A stretch of 64,000 nucleotides of DNA from Eledone cirrhosa (taxonomy: Eukaryota), in NCBI GenBank assembly GCA_964016885.1, contig OZ024740.1, positions 121,582,001 to 121,646,000 on the forward strand, read 5' to 3'. Position 1 is the first letter of the stretch. Each line of letters begins with the position of its first letter. Shown piece by piece: positions 52,861 through 64,000 of this stretch. A program made the translations under genes and the position numbers. The notes beneath the pieces are model-generated. The model was not told where the DNA came from. It ran no database searches and worked only from the letters and a program-made list of their open reading frames with translations.

Positions 52861-53154
52861 ACGGGAGTCGAAAAAGATAAAAAAAAACAATATTATTGTG
52901 TATTGCGAACCCCTTCTTTCTGCATATTTTTATTTCATTTGTCTGTTTATTATCATCTCAACAAGTCCCTCAAAGTGCAAAGGGAGCTGTATTTGGTAGT
53001 AAATTTCATCCATAGAAAGCAATTCGATATTTAACTCCTAAATATTATTCTATTAAAATATAATTCGGCATACCCCATTATTTTATCAATTCGAACACGT
53101 GCGTAATCGGCATGATAACATAAGATGAATGTCAAACAGTTTGCAATCATTACT

Positions 53155-53491
53155 CCAATACACATGTCCTTGGTTTCAATGGCTGCTGCGCTTGAATCTG
53201 GCTTTGAAATGGTTGATCAACGTCCCTATTCTTCTGACTTTTATCTGTTTCCCAACATGAAAAAACACTTGGCTTGGAACCAGTGTCGCAGTGATTATGA
53301 CATCATATCTGCTTTTCAGGACTTAGTTTGACAAAAGGATAAAATATTCGCCAATCGAATCCAAGCACTGCAAAACTGAGGGAAGGAATGTGTAGCCTAG
53401 AACAGGAACCGTGTTGAAAAATAAACCCCATTTGGTCACATTTTATGAGAGTATTTCGATCAGCCTACGAACTTTGCAGCCGGCCTTCGTA
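53155..53491 (+). mobile_element. mariner 3' relic
   Basis: GFEMVDQRPYSSDFYLFPNMKKHL resembles HPPYSPDLAPSDFxLF. Ends in a TIR-like gaactttgcagccggccttcgTA. Confidence 0.7.
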
Positions 53492-54669
53492 GAATGTTTT
53501 TGTTGCAGGGAGTAAGTTTACAAATCAAGGAACTATGTTTTGCATGTTTGTTACAACGTACATAAAGTGAAGAGTCAGAATACCAACACGGATCTCAGTC
53601 GTTACAATTTGGTTTTCATAAGTATTTCAATATTTTCAAGAGAATGATTGTTGAAAAATACTAGACATACTATTGGAATTTTAACGTGTCACTATATATA
53701 CTTACATATATAAATAGCGAGAAAGAAGGAGAAAAAGATATACAGACAAAGAGAGCATAACAGATGTATGCGTGTGTGGGTGTGCGCACTGATGGATCGG
53801 TGGACATTTTGATATATAATTATACAACTTAATGAATAATTTCTTGCAGTGGTTTAGAAATAAGACATGTACGACTGTGACTGTCAGAAAGAAATCATTC
53901 TACAGCTGATTTTTCGACATAAGACCCAGTCATTTTATTCAAATATTTGAAAGTATTCAGTATCATACATTAATATATCATGCGGCGTATATTCAATTAC
54001 AGACACCAAGTATATTCATTTGCTTATATCTTACTTCGTATTCTCGACGATTATATTTTTTTGTGTTATTTATATTTTTCTATCTATAATTCTCCACCGG
54101 AGAAGACTTTATGAATCATCAATTTAGTATCTTTTCCATTTGCTTGTTCAGCTGAATGAATAGTTTCATAAGTTATCGTTACTAAAATGCACACATCCTT
54201 AACTTCAACTGAAGGGTTTTACTCAGTATCTTATCGACAATACCATAAACTTTAGTGCGATATAAATCGTAGTGGGTATTACAAATTTTTGACCACTAGT
54301 TTCACCTCTCTTGATATTAACAGATGAAACCATATATGGACAAACAGAAACGAATAGAATAGTTTGCAAATAATTGGTGATTAGTCTCAGCGACAAAGAT
54401 ATGGTGTGAGGTTGTAGCTATTTAATGCAATCCGCAACATTTACTTAAAATTCTCCGTCATCTACAATCAGTAGACCTGATCACCGTGTGATAACACATG
54501 GTCAGACTTTAGAACAACACTAGAATATAAAGAAATGTGTCTGTAAAAGTTTTGATGGCAATAGAAAAATCGAATAATTGTAGATATGTAAATTCGATTT
54601 TTTTTCTGGAAATAATAGATAAAGATACGGTATTAATAGAGGAAGATATGTCCAAGTCTATTATTTCCG

Positions 54670-54807
54670 GAGTTACGTCCCTTTACAGTCTGAGTTCAAA
54701 TCCCGCCGAGGTTAACTTTGCCTTTCATCCTTACGGGGTCGATAAAATAAAGTACCAGTAATGTACTGGGTAATTGCTGGCCTTGTGCCTAAAGTACAAC
54801 AATTATT
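54670..54807 (+). mobile_element. SINE family 1 (5'-eroded)
   Basis: Conserved core. Confidence 0.8.
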
Positions 54808-55118
54808 TCTGAAAGAGCAATACATCACGTTCTAACGTAAACACCGAAGCAGACAAAAATGCAAACACGCACATGCAACACCCAACACATACTGCGTAGA
54901 CTGTCAGCAACAACGTCAGGATTCTGATGTGAAGTGGCACATTAACTTAACAAATCTCAGTTAATATGAACATTCCAAATACATAACAACATAGTTAAAT
55001 TTCCTAAGAAAAATAATGCCCTCATACTCTAAGACGGGCACATTACGTAATACAAGAATAGTATATGGGAAAAATATGGGATGCTCATAGATACATTAAT
55101 TTATATATATATATATAT

Positions 55119-55910
55119 AAATGTATCTGAGTTTTTCGAATATTAACAATGACATTCGATTCGTTTGCAATTATGCAAACAAGCCTCATTGTTATAGCCA
55201 TGTCAGTGGAATGAACCCTTCATTTTTCTTCTTGTGTTGGCATGTAAACAGAACTGCAGACATTAATGTTTCTGGGTATTACCCTTCACCAGTACAACAT
55301 TTTCACTAGCGCTGACAGATGGCAGGTGACCAATGAGCTGTACTAATAAAGGGTGATATCCAGAAACATTAGTGTCTTATAGATCTGTTTACATGCCAAC
55401 ACAAGAGCAAGAATGAAGGGTTCATTCTACTGACATAGCATTAAAAATGAGGCTTGTTTGCATGTCTGCAAACGAATCGAATGGTATTATTAATATTCGA
55501 AGAACTCAGATTACATTTATTGTATTCAGCCATGTAGAGCGAAATTTGTTTTAATTATTTGAATGTGGCAAAGCCGACCATTCATTGCTCATATACAGGA
55601 AATTGACTGGCCAGTCTGCTGCTATGCAAATCTGGCTGATCAGCAGGTATGCTAATATGCAAATCAAGTCGATCAGTCACTATATTTTAGAAAATAGCAT
55701 GTATTTTCACTAGCTCTGACAGTTGGGAGCTGTACTGATGAAGGGGTATGCCCAGAAATATTAGTGTCTGCAGTTCGATTTACTTGCCAACAGAAGAGCA
55801 AGAATGAAGGGTTCATTCTACTGACATGATTTTAAAAATGAGGCTTGTTTGCATAATTGCAAACGAATCGAATGTTGTTATTAATATTTAAAAAACTCAG
55901 ATTAGATTTA
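55119..55910 (+). mobile_element. Hammerhead element: inverted leader (55119-55298) + two tandem ~392-bp units; diverged relative at 32480-32770
   Basis: Visible inverted and direct repeats, with an HHR position in each unit. Confidence 0.78.
55728..55775 (+). ncRNA. Type I hammerhead ribozyme (sister copies 55252-55298 minus, 55336-55385 degenerate)
   Basis: agctgta-CTGATGA-a ggg gtatg ccc a-GAAA-tattagtg-TC-tgcagtt. Confidence 0.8.
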
Positions 55911-56201
55911 TTCATTTCATCTCAATTGTTAAGTTAACTCAACAAGATATGACTTAGAGTTTTTCGTTCTCTCATTTTCTCTGTCTACTCTCTCTATATA
56001 TATTTCTCTCTCTGTTGTTCTGTTCTTTCTCTCTTTTTCTTTCTCTATCTTTCTCTTTCTCCGTAACCCAACCGATTATTTTAAATATCCAATACTAATA
56101 ATATAATTAAGCTACAACTCCACTATCCGGGAGCTTCCAACAGTAATGGTTGCATTCTTTAAGTGTATGTCAATATTTATTTATAAAACTGATCTATATT
56201 A

Positions 56202-56266
56202 TATTTTATCTGATGAAAGCACACCATAATTTAACTTGGTGTCCTTGAAATATGTATAATTAAATA
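56202..56266 (+). ncRNA. Minimal hammerhead, diverged member of the 26041 family
   Basis: tattttat-CTGATGA-aag c acacca..tggtgt c ctt-GAAA-tatgta-TA-attaaata. Confidence 0.75.
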
Positions 56267-56390
56267 AATATGGTTTTATAAATATAGTTTCCATTTGTTA
56301 ATATCGTATTTTTACTCCAAATATTTGTTGAGTGCTTTATATCAGTTATAAAATTATTGGCTTGTTGTATCCCAACAATTTAAATAGAAC

Positions 56391-56427
<37 letters not shown>

Positions 56428-56435
<8 letters not shown>

Positions 56436-57022
56436 GAATTGGTGCACTGAAATAGCAATATATATCTATGAATGTATATACAGTGTATTTTGCAATACAC
56501 TGTATGCTTAGAGTAGTGACAGTCTCACTTACTTTAAATGTTCAGCAAACAGGGGAGATAAAGCTGACAGAGTTCTGTTTCGTACTTTTTGGTACTTATC
56601 AAAACTAACTACTCCACCTGTTTGCTGAAAATCATGAATGTTTGATTCCTATAGAATTCTAGTAATAATCAGTAACTGGTTATACAGAGCGGTTGCCGGT
56701 CAAGCAGAAATTGAAAATTAGAATTGGTGCTCTGACATAGCGATATATTTATGAATATATGTATAGTGTATTTTGCAATACACTGTATGCTTAATTAAAA
56801 GCATTTCGAAGACATTTCATGAATTTCAGCAAACAGGTGGAGTAGTTAGCTTTGATAAGTACCAACAAGTACGAAACAGAGCTCTGTCAGCTTTGTTTCC
56901 TCTGTTTGCTGAAAATTTAAAGTAAGTGAGACTGTTACTCTAAAACAAATAGCGTAAGGTCTTCGGAATGCTTTTAATTGAGCATACAGTGTATTGCAAA
57001 AGACACTGTATGTACATTCATA
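56428..57022. repeat. Rearranged direct + inverted repeat unit in (TA)n
   Basis: aaattagaattggtgc at 56429 and 56716. 56820-57020 is inverted relative to 56465-56638. Confidence 0.75.
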
Positions 57023-57099
57023 TATATATATATATATATACACGTATTAATTGGACCATGTGTTGGTTAATTACCGACACTCAGTAGTATATATATAAA

Positions 57100-57362
57100 C
57101 AAGACGTGTAAGTCAACAGGTTTAATCTGACTTCGTTGCTGTTATATACATGTTATATGCTATAAAACAACATCACATATCTGCACGGAACATATATAAA
57201 ATAATCGAGATAACAGAAGTAAATGTGTTCTTCTGAATTTTCTGTTCAAATTCTAGATGTCCGATGAGATCGTATCTGTCGCATCATAGTTATCACAGAC
57301 ATATATAAAACAGTGACTATCAATAAACAAAGTTAATTTTAACCTGTCAACTTACATCTTTT
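57100..57362. mobile_element. MITE-like element with imperfect ~35-bp TIRs
   Basis: aagacgtgtaagtcaacaggttt... pairs with ...aacctgtcaacttacatctt. Confidence 0.4.
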
Positions 57363-57413
<51 letters not shown>

Positions 57414-57440
57414 TGTATATATATATATATATATATATAT

Positions 57441-57535
<95 letters not shown>

Positions 57536-57539
57536 CGTA

Positions 57540-58340
57540 TATGGAAAAAATGAAATTTCATTTCTCACTCTTAGTACGGTTGATACTTAAATATAAGTAT
57601 TATACGCACATACATATATGTATACAGACATACAGTAGTATTTATATTCATACATACATACACACATATATATATATATGTACGTATAGATTTACCGAAT
57701 ATTTATTATAATGCTCGGTTTGTTTGTAAACAAACAGCCCGAAATTATTAGCCGTACAGTGTTCGGCAACCATCTTTGCCCCTTTGTTCAACACTGACAA
57801 AGGAACGATGAACTAGTTTCTAGCGTATTAACTGTCATCAGCACCGTATACCTTTCTGTCAGTCGATTGAACGTTTGAAAGTATTTACTTTCGTTATGCA
57901 TATTAACGGGTGAGCAGCCTAATTTGAATATCAAGGGAGTTAGTCGGCCGGGTGTACCGAAAACGATAAATGGAAAAAATGAAATTTCATTTCTCACTCT
58001 TAGGACGGCTGATACTTAAATATAAGTATTATACGTACATACACATTGTATACAGACTTACAGTAGTATGTATATACATACATACATGCACACATATATA
58101 TATATATGTACGTATCGGTTTACCGAACATTTATTATAATGCTCGGTTTGTTTGTAAACAAACAGCCCTAAATTACTAGCAGAACAGTGTTCGGCAACCA
58201 TCGTTTCCCTTTTGTTCAACACCGACAAAGGAACAATAAACTAGTATCTAGCGTATTGGCTGTCATCAGCACCGTATACCCTCCTGTCAGTCGATTGAAC
58301 GTTTGATAGTATTTACTTTCCGTATACATATTAACGACAG
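57540..58340 (-). mobile_element. Tandem ~428-bp hammerhead monomers (subfamily 1)
   Basis: Direct repeat starting at 57541 and 57970. HHRs at 57805-57847 and 58233-58275 (the latter with GAAA>GATA). Confidence 0.85.
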
Positions 58341-58651
58341 ACAGGAAGATATACGATGGTTGATATCAGTTGATGCTGGCCTTTTGAGTATGATTTATTT
58401 TTTTCGAAAAGTGGATGATTGAGGGTGTCTACCTGAAATGGAAAAAGCCGTTTTGTAAAATGTATTATACTTGTGCGCGTGCGTATTCATTTGTGTATTT
58501 GCGTTACACATCCGTACGAAGCTAAGTATAAATGTGTGTGTATATAAAAGTAAAAGAGTGGGTGTGCATATTTCGGTCTGTATTAGTTGTAAGAGAATAT
58601 CTTTCTGATCATAAGAGAGCAATAGGAATCTAGGGGTGATGGTACATATAA

Positions 58652-58696
<45 letters not shown>

Positions 58697-58704
58697 TCTC
58701 TCTC

Positions 58705-58799
<95 letters not shown>

Positions 58800-58801
<2 letters not shown>

Positions 58802-60160
58802 GGAAAAAATGAAACGACGAAATTTCATTTCCCACTCTTAGTACGGCTGTTACTTAAATATAAGTATGTACACGTACATACATATATGTATACCGACGTA
58901 CAGTAGTATGTATATATATATACATACATGCACACATATATATATGTACGTATGGATTCACCGAACATTTATTATAATGTTTGGTGTGTTTGTAAACAAA
59001 CATCCCGTATTAAGCCGTAGAGTCTAGCAACCATCGTTGCTCGTTTGTTCAACACTGACAAACTAGCTTGAAACTAGTACAGCGTTCCTTTGTCAGTGTT
59101 GAACAAACGAGCAACGATGGTTGCTAGATATTACGGCTTAATACGGGATGTTTGTTTACAAACACACCGAGCATTATAATAAATGTTCGGTGAATCCATA
59201 CGTACATATATATATATATATATGTGAGCATGTATGTATATATATATACTTAGAACTGTACGTCGGTATACATATATGTATGTACGTGTACATACTTATA
59301 TTTAAGTAACAGGCGTACTAAGAGTTGTAAAAGAAATTTCGTTTCATTTTTCCGTTTATCATTTTCGGTGCACCCGGCCGATTAACGCACTCGTTATGAA
59401 AATTGGGCTACTCAGCCGTTAATATGCGTAAGGAAAGCATATGCTTTCAGACGTTCAACAATCTGGCAGGAAGGTATACGTTGCTGACGATAGCTTATAA
59501 GCTAGAAACTAGTACAGCGTTCCTTTGTCAGTGTTGAACAAACGAGCAACGATGGTTGCTAGACACTACGGCTTAATACGGGATGTTTATTTACAAACAC
59601 ACTGAGCATTATAAAAAATGTTCGGTGACTCCATACGTACAGATATATATGTGTGCATGTATGTATATATATATATACATACTACTGTACGTCGGTATAT
59701 ATATATGTAAGTACGTGTACATACTTATATTTAAGTAACAGCCGTACTAAGAGTGGGAACTTAAATTTCGTTTCATTTTTTCCGTTTATCTTTTTCGGTG
59801 CACCCGGCCGATTAACCTCCTCGATATGCAAATTGTTGGGCTACTCAGCCGTTAATATGCATAAGGAAACCATATGCTTTCAGACGTTCAACAATCTGGC
59901 AGGAAGGTATACGTTGCTGATGATAGCTGATAAGCTTGAAACTAGTACAGCGTTCCTTTGTCAGTGTTGAATAAACGAACAACGATGGTTGCTAGACACT
60001 ACGGCTTAATACGGGATGTTTGTCTACAAACACACCGAGCATTATAATAAATGTTCGGTGAATCCATACGTACATATATATATGTGTGTGCATGTATGTA
60101 TATATATATATATACATACTACTGTACGTCGGTATACATATATGTATGTACGTGTACATA

Positions 60161-60165
<5 letters not shown>
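58800..60165 (+). mobile_element. Inverted leader (58800-59061) + ~2.5 tandem 433-435-bp hammerhead monomers (subfamily 2)
   Basis: Repeat period 59085/59520/59953, with (TA)n at both ends. Confidence 0.88.
59478..59520 (+). ncRNA. Minimal type I hammerhead ribozyme (next copy 59911-59953; 3' half at 59065-59085)
   Basis: acgttg-CTGACGA-tagctt at aagcta-GAAA-ctag-TA-cagcgt. All three stems pair and the core is intact. Confidence 0.92.
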
Positions 60166-60212
<47 letters not shown>

Positions 60213-60984
60213 TTACGTTCACTTAAGAATATTTTTTTAAATCATGTTCACTTAAAAATGATTTTTAAATAATACACAGACATGTATATAATGTAAAATG
60301 AAATTGGAAGATCCATTTCTCTACTATTTTTCTTTCTTTCTATTTATGAAGGTACTCGGAGAAATCTTATATCACGTGAATCCGTGTTTCTATTTAGGCA
60401 AAACTTGTGTTATTCGGTTTGTATTCCCATTTCAGGTGCAAATCTACTTTCGAAGTATTTTCCCATCATTCGCCGTTATGGGTGTATTACATTATAGACA
60501 AGCACACGTGCACACATACATCCTTAATAATTCGCGTGCCCATGCAAGTATGCACATGAATACCGGTGAACATACACCGCATTTCCGCCCCATAAATCAC
60601 ACATGGATATACACATACGCATACGCACCAAAAATAGGGCCAATGCCTATATATATATACATTCTCAGTCCACAAACCACAACAAAACATTTTCTTTCGT
60701 CGCATCACCAGTCTAAGTACCAGATCGAAACTTGAGACGTGTCCATAACTCCTATGGGTCACCATGAGCCAATCCTCTGGGAAACGCGCGTAGCAGGTCG
60801 ATACGCAATAAATATTTTTCATATATAAAAGAAACTTCCTCGTTTTTTCTATGATATATTTATATGTATATATATATATATATATAAGTTAATATATATA
60901 TAAGTTAGTTTTTAAATTTTCTTATTATACGTCATCCATATATATATATATATATATTATTATTATTATTATTATTATTATTGT

Positions 60985-62900
60985 TATTTTCATTTTCTTT
61001 CATTATTGTCTCTGAGATATATGCCGAGTGTCTTCCTGACACCTAGGGCAAATACATTCACAGTGTGCATTGGCAAGCCAGTTAATACAGCACATTGATT
61101 ATAATTAAAAAAACAAAAAACGGTATACATATATACACATGTGCATATGCATATGTAAATAAAAGGAGGGATAGAAATCTTACAGAGATAGTGCTCTTCT
61201 CAATACGTGTGCAGTACCAGTCAAAACAATTTTTTACACCTCGTGCAGAGAGGGTAAACCAGAAATAATTCGCAAATATTGTTCTGTTCCTTTCATGATC
61301 ATTCCCAGTCCTCCTACAATCACTGGTATTGTAACGGCCTTGAGGTGCCACATTTTCTCAATTTCAAAAAAGCAGATCTTTATATTTTCGTAGCTTGTCA
61401 AATTCTTTTGCCGCGATATTGTGATCACATGGGATGCTCATATCTATCAGCAAACAGACATTGTTATGTTGATCTTTTATAATGATGTGAGCTCTATTTG
61501 CTTTTAGGGTCCTGTCAGTATATGCAGGAAAGTCCCAGAGAATTGTTACTTTTTCTCCTTCAGTTACAGCCTCAGGGTGATGATTGTACCACATGTCTTC
61601 AGTTTGATTTTGTAATGCCGGCATATTACCCAGTGTAGATATTGGCCAACTCTGTCATGTCTATATTTGTATTCTACTGGTGCTAAAACTTTACATCCAG
61701 AGAGTATGTGATCCAGTGTTTCAACCCCAGCATTGCAGAATCGGCACTTTGGGTTTATTCCGTTTCTCATCACATTGGCCTAGTAATTACGAGTCAATAA
61801 GCTTTGATCTTGGGCAGCTAAGATGAAGCCTTAACTCCCCGCCTTTAGCCCTTAACTACGTAGCCACTGATAGGTTTGCTTTTGGTCAACATCAGCTTGT
61901 TTGCTACGGGCCATACATTTGCCATGCAGAGGTTTCTGCTCCCAATTTGATGCTAATTGGTCCTAGCCCTTTTGCTTTAGCCAGTGATTTTATGTGCCTA
62001 GCAGCATCCGTGTCAACAGTTTCTTTAGTCTCTCCATCCTGGGTATCAAGAATGAGATCAGTAGCATATTGTTTGCCCTCCTTCAATATAGATGAAATCT
62101 TCTTACTTCTCTCATGCTTTTCAACAAGTTTCAGCATACAGTCGTTAGTTGTTTCAAGGTATTTGGCCAGTCCAAATGGCGGTCTTGTAAGCAAGTTCAA
62201 ATTGGATCAGGCCACGGCCACCTTGAGTTCTAGGTAGGTAAAGACGATCCACATCTGCTTTTGGGTGGTACATCTTAATACAGGTCAGTAGCTTACGGAC
62301 TTTGGTGTCGATTCTTTTGATTTCACTCACGTTCCAGTTCAACACACCGAAGCTATGACTTACAAATGGCACTTCCAAAGAATTTATGGTAAGTACACTG
62401 TTACGAGCGTTTAGTTATGATCTCAGAACTGCACGTACTCTCCTGCAACATTATTTCCTTATCCTCTCTTTCATACTTGCATGCTGTATGCCAGAGCCCT
62501 TATTAATCCTGCAGTATTTATAGTTTTGTTCCTGCTCAAGTTCCTTTATGATTGTTTCAGCATCCAATTCAACTGAGTCTGAGTTGACAAGCTTCCTCTT
62601 CTTGAAAGTGGCTTTTGCACGCTTGTTAAGTCCAAACTCCATCCTCGTGTGATCGCTAAAGGTTTTTACTGTCCGCAAAAAGCCTTCCAGTTCCTCATTA
62701 TCTTTTCAATATAGCTTCAAATCATCCATATAAAATAGGTGGCTTATTTGTTGTTGTCAATTCTATAACCGTACCCTGTTCTATTAAGCTCGGATGTAAG
62801 GGATATTAAAGCTATGCAGAAAAGCAACGGTGAAAGTGAGTCACCCTGGAATATACCACCGATGATGTTTATATTCCTAGAGCACAGTACCCAGTGGAAT
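60985..62900 (-). mobile_element. R4/Dong-clade RLE retrotransposon family B, 5'-truncated, decayed RT + zinc knuckle + RLE
   Basis: Motifs GIFQGDSLSPLLFCIAL, HLFYMDDLK, RMEFGLNK, RLYLPRTQGGRGL, CRFC..HILSGC, ILWDF, LIDMSIP and KIVLTGTAHVLRRALSL*. (tta)n at the 3' end. Confidence 0.9.
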
Positions 62901-62988
62901 GAGACAATTGGATATTTGTGTTCCATAATGACATATTGTACTTCAGGAACTTTGAGATCACAGGTCAGATTTTATTATTATTATTATT

Positions 62989-64000
62989 ATTGTTCTTTGA
63001 GTCTCAGTCATTGATGTTAGTTAACTGGAAAGTTTATTGCAATGAATATCAAGCCACTACCTGCAGCCTCAGATATTCAGGATGTATCGGAGGTTTCTTG
63101 CTGTTCCCAGCAAGCATGCCTTTTGAAGCGTTCCAAAAAGCGTGGCTCGGCTAATTTTCTTCAACCATCCCTGGAAACTTTTTGAGATAGTACCTAGTGC
63201 GCCTATGACAATCGGGACCACTTTGAGTTTATGGTAGTTCCAAATCCTTTTATACCTCCCACTTTAAGTCCTGGTATCGGTTAATTTTCTCCCTCTCCTT
63301 CTCTTGTACTCTCGTGTCGAATGGGCAGGCCACATCCTCAATCAGGCACGATCTTTTTTCTTAGTCCAAAACCACCAGGTCAGGTCTATTGTGTTCCAGT
63401 TTCTTGTCCGTCTGTATCCTAAAATCCCACAGCACCTTCACCTGGTCGTTTTCTATCAGCGACTCTGGCTTATACTCATACCGCTTCTCAGAATGTGGTA
63501 AATTGTTTACTTTGCATAGGTGCCAGTGGATCACCCTGCCCATCACATCATGTCTCCAGCCCTTATAGTTAGTCTGGGATTGGTGTTTACACTCGGATAC
63601 AATGTGAGCCACAGTCTCCTCTCTCTCTCCACAGATCCTGCACAGTGGGCTAGCCTCCTCCTTGTAAATATGGTGTTTCAACCACTTCGTTTTGAGGGCC
63701 TGCTCTTGTGCAGCCATTAACATTCCTTCTGTAGCCTTTTTAAGGTCTCCTCTTTTCAACCAGTTCCATGTCTGTGGATGTCTGAATTCCGTTTTCTCAA
63801 AGAAGGTACTATGAAGGGATTATTCCTGAAGGCTGCTCTTTCTCCTTGTTGTTATTTCCTCCTTGGACATCCCCTGGTCTATTGTCCTCTCCTTCAGTAC
63901 AGTTCTGAACATTGGCTCCTTACTATCAATCACGTATTTGTGTAGGTTGTTTTTCTCCATCTGAACACAGTCCTCTATGCTGATAAGACCTCTTCCACCC
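62989..64000 (-). mobile_element. R4/Dong family A 3' portion (continues beyond the window)
   Basis: Homologous to 1388-2336, with CRICGEREETVAHIVSEC and HNRPDLVV. The 3' end abuts (tta)n at 62971-62989. Confidence 0.9.

Noticed and set aside
57540-60165. CRISPR-like or satellite array
   Set aside because: The ~430-bp units have no unique spacers, the context is eukaryotic, and the array is better explained as hammerhead monomers.
60770-60800. GAAA-cgcgcg-TA palindromic stem III
   Set aside because: No upstream CUGANGA or matching stem I was found. At most it is a decayed remnant.

Overview
This is gene-free, AT-rich eukaryotic repetitive DNA. The tRNA-derived SINE family and microsatellite load resemble an octopus/coleoid cephalopod, but that is inference. 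No host protein-coding gene could be supported. Main contents: (1) three head-to-tail, decayed, near full-length L1/Tx1-clade non-LTR retrotransposons (5.35-22.6 kb), each ending in (TATC)n; (2) R4/Dong-type RLE retrotransposon fragments sitting in (TAA)n at both ends of the window; (3) a complete Buster/SPIN-type hAT transposon (44499-47486) with TIRs and an 8-bp TSD; (4) SINEs and Tc1/mariner, Gypsy and possible piggyBac relics. The most striking feature is the 23-60 kb 'junk' region. It is largely made of about ten non-coding elements of unrelated sequence, mostly embedded in (TA)n and arranged as foldbacks or tandem 390-710 bp monomers. These elements carry type I hammerhead ribozyme motifs (CUGANGA-stem II-GAAA-palindromic stem III-NUH-stem I). 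Together they look like a Penelope-pLTR/retrozyme system, with a Penelope RT relic at about 39.4-39.8 kb, U3-A8 compensatory core variants and very large stem II insertions. All structures were read by eye, and coordinates of degraded elements are approximate.
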